DNA of 64,000 nt from Sneathiellales bacterium (GTDB lineage: Bacteria; Pseudomonadota; Alphaproteobacteria; JANQFL01). Shown here one piece after another: positions 34,145-42,610 of the stretch. The translations under genes were made by a program, and so were the position numbers. Numbering within the stretch: position 1 is the stretch's first letter; each line of letters begins with the position of its first letter. The stretch lies in the NCBI GenBank assembly GCA_028277845.1, contig JANQFL010000094.1, forward strand, positions 26,791 to 90,790, in the 5' to 3' direction. The notes below the pieces were generated by a model, which saw only the letters and a list, made by a program, of their open reading frames with translations, did not search any database and had not been told where the DNA came from.

Positions 34145-35365
34145 ATGAGATCGAACAATCGCAGCGCGAGACGATCACAATCCCTTGGACTCGACCGGCT
34201 TCCCGCAACGTCTATCGAACGGTTCATTTTCGTGCACAAATTTGACTATCTCATCATCGGTGGCGGTATGGCTGGCGCATCCGCCGGTTATTTTCTGGCC
34301 GACCACGGTTCGGTCGCGCTTTTGGAGATGGAAAGCCAGCCGGGCTACCACACCACCGGACGTTCGGCGGCGTTTTACGCCCAATCCTACGGCAACGCGG
34401 CCATCCGCGCGCTGACCGTCGGGTGCAAGAGTTTTTTCGACGCACCGCCGCCGGGCTTCACGGACCAGCCGCTGCTCAGCGACTGCGGCGCCCTGTTTGT
34501 CGCCCGGGACGACCAAATGGATTCGCTGCACGCCCATTTCGAGGAAACCCGCGCGCTCATTCCGGATGTGCAATTGCTCACCAAGCAGGAGACCCGAGAC
34601 TGGGTGCCGGCCTTGCGGGAGGACTATGTCGCAGGCGGCCTGAAGGAGCCCCGGTCCATGAGCATCGATGTGCACGCTTTGCACCATGGCTTCCTGCGCG
34701 GTTTCAGGGAAAAGGGCGGAGTCATTGCCACGGACAATCAGGTTATCGGTCTCGGTCGGACAAACGGCGATTGGCTGGCCGAGAGCCGGTCGGGTACCTA
34801 CGCCGCGCCTGTTGTGATCAACGCAGCCGGGGCGTGGTGCGACCAGATTGGCCAACTGGCCGGCGCGCAGCCTATTGGCCTCGTCCCGAAACGGCGTACC
34901 GTGATCGTATTCGACAACTCCAGTCCCCATGACTCGGATTCCTGGCCACTCACGGTCGACGTGGACGAGCAGTTCTACCTAAAACCCGACTCAGGCCGTA
35001 TTTTGGGCTCTCCCGCCAATGAAGATCCCATGGCGCCGTGCGACGTACAGCCCGAGGACATCGATATCGCCACGGCCATGGACCGGCTGCAGAAGGCGAC
35101 GACCTTGGAAATCACATCGATCGTCAACAAATGGGCCGGGTTGCGCTCCTTCGTGGCCGACAAGTCGCCCGTGGTCGGTTTCGACCCCGATGCGCCGGGG
35201 TTTTTCTGGCTCGCGGGCCAGGGTGGCTACGGCATTCAGACCGCGCCGTCCATGGGACTGGTTTCGGCCTTGTTGGCGTCAGGCCGGGACTTTCCGTCCC
35301 ACCTCGTTGACTTGGGATTGACGGCGGCCGACCTGTCTCCCCAACGTCTGCGCGAAGTTGACTAA
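34145..35365 (+). CDS. FAD-dependent oxidoreductase (DadA/glycine-oxidase-like)
   Basis: DYLIIGGGMAGASAGYFLA Rossmann motif. The start is probably the GTG near 34232. The ATG at 34145 has no ribosome-binding site and would leave only 58 bp for divergent promoters. Confidence 0.7.
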   Translation: MRSNNRSARRSQSLGLDRLPATSIERFIFVHKFDYLIIGGGMAGASAGYFLADHGSVALLEMESQPGYHTTGRSAAFYAQSYGNAAIRALTVGCKSFFDAPPPGFTDQPLLSDCGALFVARDDQMDSLHAHFEETRALIPDVQLLTKQETRDWVPALREDYVAGGLKEPRSMSIDVHALHHGFLRGFREKGGVIATDNQVIGLGRTNGDWLAESRSGTYAAPVVINAAGAWCDQIGQLAGAQPIGLVPKRRTVIVFDNSSPHDSDSWPLTVDVDEQFYLKPDSGRILGSPANEDPMAPCDVQPEDIDIATAMDRLQKATTLEITSIVNKWAGLRSFVADKSPVVGFDPDAPGFFWLAGQGGYGIQTAPSMGLVSALLASGRDFPSHLVDLGLTAADLSPQRLREVD

Positions 35366-35427
35366 ACTGTTACGCGAATTCGGTTTGATCCGACCCTGCC
35401 TTCACGGGTTACAATGCCGCGAAAATC

Positions 35428-36252
35428 ATGAGTGAGGACAACATGGATCTGGATACATTTCGCGGCCGATTCGAAACGGAAATTCATTCCGTCAACGGCC
35501 GCAGGTGGGGTGTCATAGACTGCGGTGTCGATTCCGCCGGAAACAAGCCGGTGTTCATATTTCTTCCCGGCACCTTGGGAACCGCGGAAATCTTCTGGAA
35601 CCAGATCGTTGCCTTGTCCGACAGCCATCGGGTGTTGTCCCTGACGTATCCGGCATTGGCCGACGCGGAGGCGTTGGTCGACGACCTTGCCGATCTGATG
35701 AGCAAGTTCGAGCTTAAATCGGCGTCAATCCTGGGCAGTTCCCTGGGCGGGTTTCTCGCCCAGCTTTTTGCGATTCGCCACGCCGACCGCGTCGAACACA
35801 TATTCATCGCCAATTCATTGAGCGACCCAACCCCGTTCAAAACCCAGCAACCGCCGCCCTGGCAGATTTCGGCCATGCCGGCATCGATGCTGCGCAAGGT
35901 GATGGGTGATCGCGTTCAGTCCTGGTCGGCCAACGACGAGTCCATGAAGCCGTTGGTGGAACTGCTCATGCATCAGCTCAACAAGGCCATACCGGGACGT
36001 AATCTCAAGGCCCGGGTTCTGGCGCTGCTGAAATCCGACAACCTGCCCCATCTGCCGATACCCGATTCGCGCATTACCATTATCGACTCGGAGGATGATC
36101 CGTTGATACCCGAAACGGCCCGGGCCGAAGTGCGCCGGCGCTATCCCCAGGCCAGGCATTGCGGTTTCAAGTATGGCGGCCATTTTCCCTATGTCGTTCG
36201 CCCGGACGACTATACGGCCCATATCCGCACCAGCCTGGAACGAGCGGTATGA
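35428..36252 (+). CDS. Alpha/beta-hydrolase fold protein
   Basis: GSSLGG nucleophile elbow in VFIFLPGTLGTAEIF...ILGSSLGGFLAQ, 274 aa. Confidence 0.7.
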   Translation: MSEDNMDLDTFRGRFETEIHSVNGRRWGVIDCGVDSAGNKPVFIFLPGTLGTAEIFWNQIVALSDSHRVLSLTYPALADAEALVDDLADLMSKFELKSASILGSSLGGFLAQLFAIRHADRVEHIFIANSLSDPTPFKTQQPPPWQISAMPASMLRKVMGDRVQSWSANDESMKPLVELLMHQLNKAIPGRNLKARVLALLKSDNLPHLPIPDSRITIIDSEDDPLIPETARAEVRRRYPQARHCGFKYGGHFPYVVRPDDYTAHIRTSLERAV

Positions 36253-37289
36253 GCGGGCGCTGGACACACCGGCCGGACGGGTCCAACTGGGGCGACTTCG
36301 GCGCCGACGACCAGTTGGGCCGGCTCAACCTGCTCACGCCCGAAAAGGTCCGCCAGGGTGCGGCCGAAGTGCGTGAGGGCCTGTCCTTCTGCCTGAGCCT
36401 GCCGCTCGACTATCCCGGCGGCAACGCCCTCAATCCCTCCCGCTTTCCGCCCGAGCTGGGACCGACCTTTCACGACGGCAATCCGCGCATCAACTTTCCC
36501 TTGTCGATCATCGACGCAGCCAACACGGATGTAGTCAGCGACGACCGGGTCTCGATCACCCTGCAGTACTCGACCCAATGGGACAGCCTTGCCCACGTGG
36601 GATCGCACTTCGATGCCGACGGCGACGGCGTGGCCGAGAAGGTCTATTACAACGGTTACCGGGCCGGCGAAGCGGTGATCGGTCCCAAGGACTATGACGA
36701 CCCGTCATCCACCGGCGAACGCGCGCATGTCGGCGCCGTCGATCTGGGTATCGAAAACATGGCGGAGAAGGCCATCCAGGGCCGTGGCGTGCTGGTCGAT
36801 TTGTCACGCAGCTACGGGCGCGGCCGCACCCTGGTCGGCTATGACGAACTGATGCGCTGCATGGAGGAGACGGGCGCCGAAGTGGAGTCCGGCGACATGC
36901 TGGTCCTGCGCACGGGTTTTGCCGAAGTGGTGATGGAAATGCAGCGTCGACCGGACCCCGACACCCTGCACGACAGTTGCGCGGTCCTGAACGGCCGCGA
37001 CGACCGTTTGCTGCAATGGATCACCGACAGCGGCATCGCCGCAATCTGCGCCGACAACTACGCGGTGGAAGCCTATCCCGCCCCGCCCAAGGACGGCCCG
37101 CGCCCGGCACTGCCGATTCACGAACACTGTCTGTTCAAACTGGGCCTGCCCTTGGCCGAACTCTGGTATCTCAAGGACCTGGGGGAATGGCTGGCGGCCA
37201 ACGACCGGACCCGCTTCATGCTGACGGCCCCGCCCCTGCGGCTGCCCGGCGCCGTCGGATCGCCGGTCACGCCGGTGGCCACTGTTTAG
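36249..37289 (+). CDS. Cyclase-family protein (kynurenine formamidase-like fold)
   Basis: Start MSGRWTHRPDGSNWGDFGADDQLGRLN overlaps the previous stop (ATGA). SLAHVGSHFDA and other cyclase-family motifs. The track ORF from 36159 is an upstream extension. Confidence 0.65.
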   Translation: MSGRWTHRPDGSNWGDFGADDQLGRLNLLTPEKVRQGAAEVREGLSFCLSLPLDYPGGNALNPSRFPPELGPTFHDGNPRINFPLSIIDAANTDVVSDDRVSITLQYSTQWDSLAHVGSHFDADGDGVAEKVYYNGYRAGEAVIGPKDYDDPSSTGERAHVGAVDLGIENMAEKAIQGRGVLVDLSRSYGRGRTLVGYDELMRCMEETGAEVESGDMLVLRTGFAEVVMEMQRRPDPDTLHDSCAVLNGRDDRLLQWITDSGIAAICADNYAVEAYPAPPKDGPRPALPIHEHCLFKLGLPLAELWYLKDLGEWLAANDRTRFMLTAPPLRLPGAVGSPVTPVATV

Positions 37290-37290
37290 G

Positions 37291-37668
37291 TCAGGCTTTC
37301 AGCCGCAACGCCAACGCGATCACCAGGCCGAACGACGCCGCCACATCGATCCACATCACCTTGCGGATCGCCGGGTTGTCGATCCCCATCGACAGGACCA
37401 GGGCGATGAAGGCGGCCATGGCAATCAGACCGACGACGATGCCGGTCACGTGCAGTTCGGGCCGGAACGCCGTCCAACACATGTAGCCGCCCAGCAGCCC
37501 GAACAGGACGGCCCTATGGCGCAACAGCAGGACGATATCGCTGTCCCCGGCATCGATCCTGTAGAGATTCGCCAGCGTCTCGCCCGACCAGACCCCGATG
37601 ACCGGCAAGGCGTTGATGATCCCGGCGATCAGGATAAACCCGGTGATCCACTTGTTGGCCATGACCAT
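37291..37668 (-). CDS. Hypothetical 4-TM membrane protein (125 aa)
   Basis: Four hydrophobic helices, convergent with the preceding gene with a 1-nt gap. Confidence 0.5.
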   Translation of the reverse strand: MVMANKWITGFILIAGIINALPVIGVWSGETLANLYRIDAGDSDIVLLLRHRAVLFGLLGGYMCWTAFRPELHVTGIVVGLIAMAAFIALVLSMGIDNPAIRKVMWIDVAASFGLVIALALRLKA

Positions 37669-37760
37669 CCCCTCGTCGTTGTTCCGAGGGTTAGTCCTAG
37701 CCCGGCCAGGAACGCGAAGAAATTACCCGCCAGGTAATGGCGGCCGTTACCGCGATCCGC

Positions 37761-38540
37761 CTAAAGCGCGGTGATCATGCCGCCATCGGCGACCAGCAGA
37801 TGGCCGTTGACGTAAGACGACGCCTCCGACGCCAGGAAAACCGCAACGGGTCCCAGTTCCTCTTCGCGGCCCCAGCGCCCCAATGGCGTGCGGCCGGTGA
37901 CGAGAGCGTTGAACTCCGGGTTGTTGACCAGGGCGGCGTTCAGTTCGGTGGCGAAATAGCCGGGACAGATGGCGTTGGACGTGACGCCCTTCGGACCGAG
38001 CTCCACGGCCAGGGCCTTGGTCAGGCCGGCCAGGGCGTGCTTGGTGGCCACGTAGGGCGGGATGGTCGGCCGGGCGACGATGGACATGATCGAGGCCGTG
38101 TTGATGATGCGGCCCCAGCCCTGCCCGACCATGGACTTGGCCGCCTCCCGCGCCAGGACGAAGCAGGACGTCAGATTACAGTCCAGCACGCGCTGCCAGT
38201 CGGCGGTTTCCAATTCGGTGACTGCCTGACGGTGGACCATGCCGGCGTTGTTGACGAGGATATCGAGCTTGCCGTGAAAGGCGGCGATTTCCTTGACGGC
38301 ATCGACGGCGGCCGCTTCATCGGTCACATCGAATGCGGCAACCGACGCCTCCAGGCCATCCTGCTTCAACTCGGACTCCCGGCCCGCCAGAGCCTTTTCG
38401 TCACGGGCATTCAGCACTACGTGGGCGCCCGCCTGGGCCAGCGCCTGGGCCATGGCCCAGCCCAATCCGCGCGATGCGCCCGTGATCAGCGCCGTGCGGC
38501 CTTCGAGTGAAAACGTGTCCAGTACGGAACCGTTCGTCAT
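37761..38540 (-). CDS. SDR-family oxidoreductase (gluconate 5-dehydrogenase-like)
   Basis: TGASRGLGWAMAQ glycine motif and a YxxxK active site (PYVATKHAL). The true start is MTNGSVLDTF at 38540. The track ORF is extended by 41 aa. Confidence 0.8.
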   Translation of the reverse strand: MTNGSVLDTFSLEGRTALITGASRGLGWAMAQALAQAGAHVVLNARDEKALAGRESELKQDGLEASVAAFDVTDEAAAVDAVKEIAAFHGKLDILVNNAGMVHRQAVTELETADWQRVLDCNLTSCFVLAREAAKSMVGQGWGRIINTASIMSIVARPTIPPYVATKHALAGLTKALAVELGPKGVTSNAICPGYFATELNAALVNNPEFNALVTGRTPLGRWGREEELGPVAVFLASEASSYVNGHLLVADGGMITAL

Positions 38541-38749
38541 ACCTGTACTCCCAACGTCAAGATTGCGCTTCATGATAGCCGCGAGCGCTTGTCCGGCAAG
38601 CCATGGAAACCTACATGTAGAAAGAAGAATCCCGCCGCGAGAGGGCGTGTCACCGCGACGCATTGACCGGACTTGTCACTCCGTTAACCTCTTTGCTCCA
38701 CCCTGCGCAGGCGCACGCCGTGTCATCGGGGGATGGAGATCGGAAGGCC

Positions 38750-39208
38750 ATGACCCTGGTGCTGAATTCGCAGGACCGAACCGACAGCGATCCGTACCGC
38801 CCGATAACCGGGCTGGCACGGTATGCCCTGATTGCGTTCGGATTTCTCAATGTCGCGGTCGGGACCGCGGGCATATTCCTGCCGCTGTTGCCGACCACCG
38901 TATTTCTGCTGATCGCCTTGTGGGCGTTCGCCAGAAGCTCGCCGCGCTTTCACAATTGGCTTTATCACCATCCCAGACTGGGGCCACCCGTCCGCGCCTG
39001 GCACCAGCACCGGGCGATCGCCACATCGGCAAAGATTTTGGCCGTGACCGTGATGACGCTCAGTCTGGTCTACACGACTTTGTTCGTGGCCGACGATTGG
39101 GTGCTGCCGGTGATCATCGGAGTCATACTCGCCCCCATCGCCGCGTGGATCGTTACGCGACCCAATACGGCCGCTCTGGCATCGGTTCGGACCGAAGACG
39201 TCGAATAG
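38750..39208 (+). CDS. YbaN/DUF454-family inner-membrane protein
   Basis: YALIAFGFLNVAVGTAGIFLPLLPTTVFLLIALWAFARSSPRFHNWL is the DUF454 signature. The start was chosen at MTLVLNS. The track ORF begins at 38663. Confidence 0.65.
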   Translation: MTLVLNSQDRTDSDPYRPITGLARYALIAFGFLNVAVGTAGIFLPLLPTTVFLLIALWAFARSSPRFHNWLYHHPRLGPPVRAWHQHRAIATSAKILAVTVMTLSLVYTTLFVADDWVLPVIIGVILAPIAAWIVTRPNTAALASVRTEDVE

Positions 39209-39225
39209 CGAATCTTGAGGGAAAA

Positions 39226-39303
39226 TGGGGCGAGAGAGGGGAGTCGAACCCCCGACCTCCTGGACCACAACCAGGCGCTCTAACCAACTGAGCTACTCCC
39301 GCC
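39226..39303 (-). tRNA. tRNA-His: tRNA-His (anticodon GTG) with encoded G-1
   Basis: Reverse complement reads GGCGGGAGTAGCTCAGTTGGTTAGAGCGCCTGGTTGTGGTCCAGGAGGTCGGGGGTTCGACTCCCCTCTCTCGCCCCA. Confidence 0.8.
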
Positions 39304-39373
39304 ACCGGGAGACGCCCTATCTAATCCCCGGCGCCCTTGGGGTCAAGCGCCGTTTCCGCCGTTTCCGGCCCAA

Positions 39374-40534
39374 TCAGCCGGCAAAATGCCGGGCCAGGCG
39401 TTCGATCGCCTGTTCCAGCACCTGGTCCTCCTTGCAGAAGCAGAACCGGGCGACGCCGCTGTCTCCGCCCTGGTTGTAGAAAGCGCTGACAGGAATGGCG
39501 GTGACGCCGGCTTCGACGGTGATATGACGGCAGAAATCCACGTCGGAGCCGTTGAAGCCCAGGGGCTTGAAGTCGGCATTGAGGAAATAGGTGCCATGGC
39601 AGGCCGCCGTGGCCATGCCGATGCCTTCCAGCCCCGAGCGCAGCACATCACGCTTATGCTGCATATCGGCCGCCAACGCGTCGAAATAGGCGTCATCCTT
39701 GCGCAAACCGAAGGCGACGGCCCGCTGCAGATTGGGCGGCGTCGTGAACGTCACGAACTGATGCGCCTTGGCGACGATGGAGAGAAGCCCGGCGCAAGCG
39801 GTGATGTAGCCCACCTTCCAGCCTGTCAGGGAAAAGGTTTTGCCGGCCGAACCGATACGCAGGCAGCGTTCGCGCATGCCGGGCTGGGTCATCAGCGGAA
39901 TATGGTTCCAGCCGTCGAACTTGATGTGTTCATAAACCTCGTCGCACACCGCATAGGCATCGTACCGTTCGACCAGGCCGGCGATAAAGGCGATTTCATC
40001 GGCGTCGAAGACCTTGCCGGTGGGATTCATCGGCGTGTTGAACAGGATCAACTTTGTCTTGTCGGAAAAGGCCGCTTCCAGGGCTTCGCGCGGGACGTCC
40101 CAGTTCGGCGGCTCCAAGCGCACAATTTTCGGCATCGCACCGGCCCGGCGGATGATCGGGATGTAGGAGTCATAAAGTGGCTCGAACACCACGACCTCGT
40201 CGCCCGGATTGATCAAGGCGAACAGGCAGTCCGCCAGGGCTTCGGTGGCGCCCGATGTCACCATGACTTCCGTCTGCCAATCCACATCCAAACCGTAGAA
40301 GCGCTTGTCGTGGTCGGCCACGGCCTGGCGCAATTCCGGCACGCCCAGCATGGGCGGATATTGATTGGGCTGGTCGCCCAGGCACTCGGCCGCCTTGGCG
40401 CGCACGTCCTCGGGGCCGTTGCCGCTGGGAAACCCCTGCCCCAGGTTGATGGAATTATGCTCGATCGCCAGTCGCGACATGACCTCGAACACGGTCGTGC
40501 CATAGCCGGCGAATATCTCGTTGGCCGATTTCAT
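39374..40534 (-). CDS. PLP-dependent aminotransferase (methionine/kynurenine aminotransferase YbdL-like, fold type I)
   Basis: Start MKSANEIFAGYG at 40534, PLP-lysine in SAGKTFSLTGWKVGY. The track ORF is extended by 101 aa. Confidence 0.8.
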   Translation of the reverse strand: MKSANEIFAGYGTTVFEVMSRLAIEHNSINLGQGFPSGNGPEDVRAKAAECLGDQPNQYPPMLGVPELRQAVADHDKRFYGLDVDWQTEVMVTSGATEALADCLFALINPGDEVVVFEPLYDSYIPIIRRAGAMPKIVRLEPPNWDVPREALEAAFSDKTKLILFNTPMNPTGKVFDADEIAFIAGLVERYDAYAVCDEVYEHIKFDGWNHIPLMTQPGMRERCLRIGSAGKTFSLTGWKVGYITACAGLLSIVAKAHQFVTFTTPPNLQRAVAFGLRKDDAYFDALAADMQHKRDVLRSGLEGIGMATAACHGTYFLNADFKPLGFNGSDVDFCRHITVEAGVTAIPVSAFYNQGGDSGVARFCFCKEDQVLEQAIERLARHFAG

Positions 40535-40877
40535 GCGCCGTTCCCCGAAAAAGAGCCGCAGAATGGCAAAAGCCCTTGCCGGGTGCAAGATCGCGCCGGG
40601 ATTTTCGCTAGAGCAATTCCTCCTCAGATGGAACCATTCTGTTTCTCGAGCGGCCTGCCCATCCACCAGCAAGACGGGGCAGCGCGATGTGGTGCATCGC
40701 GCAAGCCGTCTGACGCCGTGGGGGGCGGCCGCTCGGAAACCCGGAGGGACGGGCGTCTTGGCGCCAAATCCGGCGGGTGCCGTCTCGGCCATACCGCCAG
40801 GTATGGCCGCCGCCGCCAGCCTTGGCCTTGGCGCCAATACGCCCCGTCAGAATGCTTCCATCTAAAGAGGAACTGCT

Positions 40878-41954
40878 CTAGTTCATGAGACTCCCGACCG
40901 CCGTCTCGTCCCATGCGATGCCGAGGCCGGGGCCGCGCGGCGTGATGGTGCCGTCCACCACCCGCGCCGGTTCCTGCAAAATGGCCGAGGCGATGTCGAG
41001 ATGTTCGAGCCAGTGCGCCGTCGGCGTCACCGCCTGAACGTGGGCCGAGGCTTCGTCGAACAGATGGGACGAGACGGGCAGCGACGCGGCTTCCGCCTGG
41101 CCCATGGCCCGCAGCCAGCCGGTGACGCCACCGATCTTCATGATGTCGAGCATGGCGAAGTCGCTGGCCCCGGCCTGGACCGACAGGGCCATGCCTTCGG
41201 GGAACCACCAGTTCTCGCCGGTCTGGATGGGTACCGGAGAGCGTTCGCGGATGCGGGCGTGGCCCGCCAGGTCTTCCGCCGGCACCGGTTCCTCGATCCA
41301 GCCGATGTCGTACTCGGCGATGGCCTTGATGCAATCGAGGGCATCGGGAACGGTCTGCGACTGGTTGAAGTCGACCATCAGCGCCACGTCGTCGCCGATG
41401 ATGCGGCGCACCGCCGCGACGTTGGCCGCGATGTCGGCGCGGCCGCCCAGCCCCACCTTGATCTTGACCGCCTTGAAGCCCTTCTCGAGCGAGGCTTCGA
41501 GCAGGCCGGCGTCCGCCGCCGGGTCGATCATGCCGTGACTGTCGTAGGCCGGCAGCGGCCGGACCGTGCCACCCAGCAGTTCGACGACGGGCAAGCCGTG
41601 CAGTTTGCCGAGGGCGTCCCACAGGGCCATGTCGATGCCGGCCAGCGCCATGCCCACCAGGCCCTGCCGGCCCATCAGCCGGAACATGTCTTCGGTTTCG
41701 GCCATGATCGCCGCCGGCGCCACCGGACGGCCGGTCAGTTGCGGCGCCAGATTGTCGGTGAAGGCGACGACCGGCGCCATGGTCAGGGCACTGTAGGTGA
41801 AGACATAGGCGTGGCCGGTGACGCCTTCGCTGGTGGCGACGTCGAACAGCACCAGCGGTGCCGCCGGAATGGTGCCCGAGGCGGATTTGAGCGGCACCGC
41901 CAGTGGGGCGATAACGGGGCGGGCGGTGATGGCGCGGATGGTGGCGTCGGTCAT
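40878..41954 (-). CDS. Mandelate racemase/muconate lactonizing enzyme family (enolase superfamily) protein
   Basis: KIKVG (KxK), DFNQ, EEP and the other metal-ligand positions are present. The start was chosen at MTDATIRAI. The track start at 42062 is GTG. Confidence 0.75.
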   Translation of the reverse strand: MTDATIRAITARPVIAPLAVPLKSASGTIPAAPLVLFDVATSEGVTGHAYVFTYSALTMAPVVAFTDNLAPQLTGRPVAPAAIMAETEDMFRLMGRQGLVGMALAGIDMALWDALGKLHGLPVVELLGGTVRPLPAYDSHGMIDPAADAGLLEASLEKGFKAVKIKVGLGGRADIAANVAAVRRIIGDDVALMVDFNQSQTVPDALDCIKAIAEYDIGWIEEPVPAEDLAGHARIRERSPVPIQTGENWWFPEGMALSVQAGASDFAMLDIMKIGGVTGWLRAMGQAEAASLPVSSHLFDEASAHVQAVTPTAHWLEHLDIASAILQEPARVVDGTITPRGPGLGIAWDETAVGSLMN

Positions 41955-41997
41955 GGCGGCAACTCCTTGTGCTGTCCGCCGATCAGAGTACTCTTGC

Positions 41998-42039
41998 CCC
42001 GTCCCATGTATACTCACTCGTCGGTATACATGGGACGGG
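41998..42039. promoter_or_regulatory. Perfect 16-bp inverted repeat (candidate TetR operator) in the divergent intergenic region
   Basis: cccgtcccatgtatac-N10-gtatacatgggacggg. The right arm abuts the ribosome-binding site of the tetR gene. Confidence 0.6.
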
Positions 42040-42046
42040 AGAGGCC

Positions 42047-42610
42047 ATGCCGAAGCAGGCACACGACAGCAGGACCCGGATTCTCGATGCGGCCTACGAC
42101 CTGTTCTATCAGGAAGGCTTCGCCCGGGTCGGTGTCGACGAAATCGCCGACAGGGCCGGCTTCACCAAGCGCACGCTGTACTACCATTTCGACAGCAAGG
42201 ACGCCCTGCTGGCGGCGGTGCTGGACAACCGGGCCGGCCTGTCGCTCGCCCGAATCGAGCAATGGGCCAAAACCGGCGCCGCGACGACGGAGGAAGTGAT
42301 CGACAATCTGTTCACGGCCCTGAAGCGGTGGGTCGAAACGCCGCGCTGGAAGGGTTCGGGTTTCACCCGCCTGGCTATGGAACTGGCCGACCTGAAGGGC
42401 CATCCGGCCCGCACGGTCGCCCGCACCCACAAGGCCGCCATCGAAACCATGCTGACGGATATTCTGCGCGATACGGGCGCGGCGGAACCGGAAAATCTGG
42501 CGATCCAGATCGCCCTGATGTTCGAGGGCGCGCAGGTCCTGACCCTGATCCATGGCGACGTGTCCTACGTCGACCGGGCCCACGCCGCGGCCCGGCGTCT
42601 GGCGTCATGA
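42047..42610 (+). CDS. TetR/AcrR-family transcriptional regulator
   Basis: N-terminal helix-turn-helix RILDAAYDLFYQEGFARVGVDEIADRAGFTKRTLYYHF. The start was chosen at MPKQAHDS with a GGGAGAGG ribosome-binding site. The track ORF starts at 41969. Confidence 0.8.
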   Translation: MPKQAHDSRTRILDAAYDLFYQEGFARVGVDEIADRAGFTKRTLYYHFDSKDALLAAVLDNRAGLSLARIEQWAKTGAATTEEVIDNLFTALKRWVETPRWKGSGFTRLAMELADLKGHPARTVARTHKAAIETMLTDILRDTGAAEPENLAIQIALMFEGAQVLTLIHGDVSYVDRAHAAARRLAS

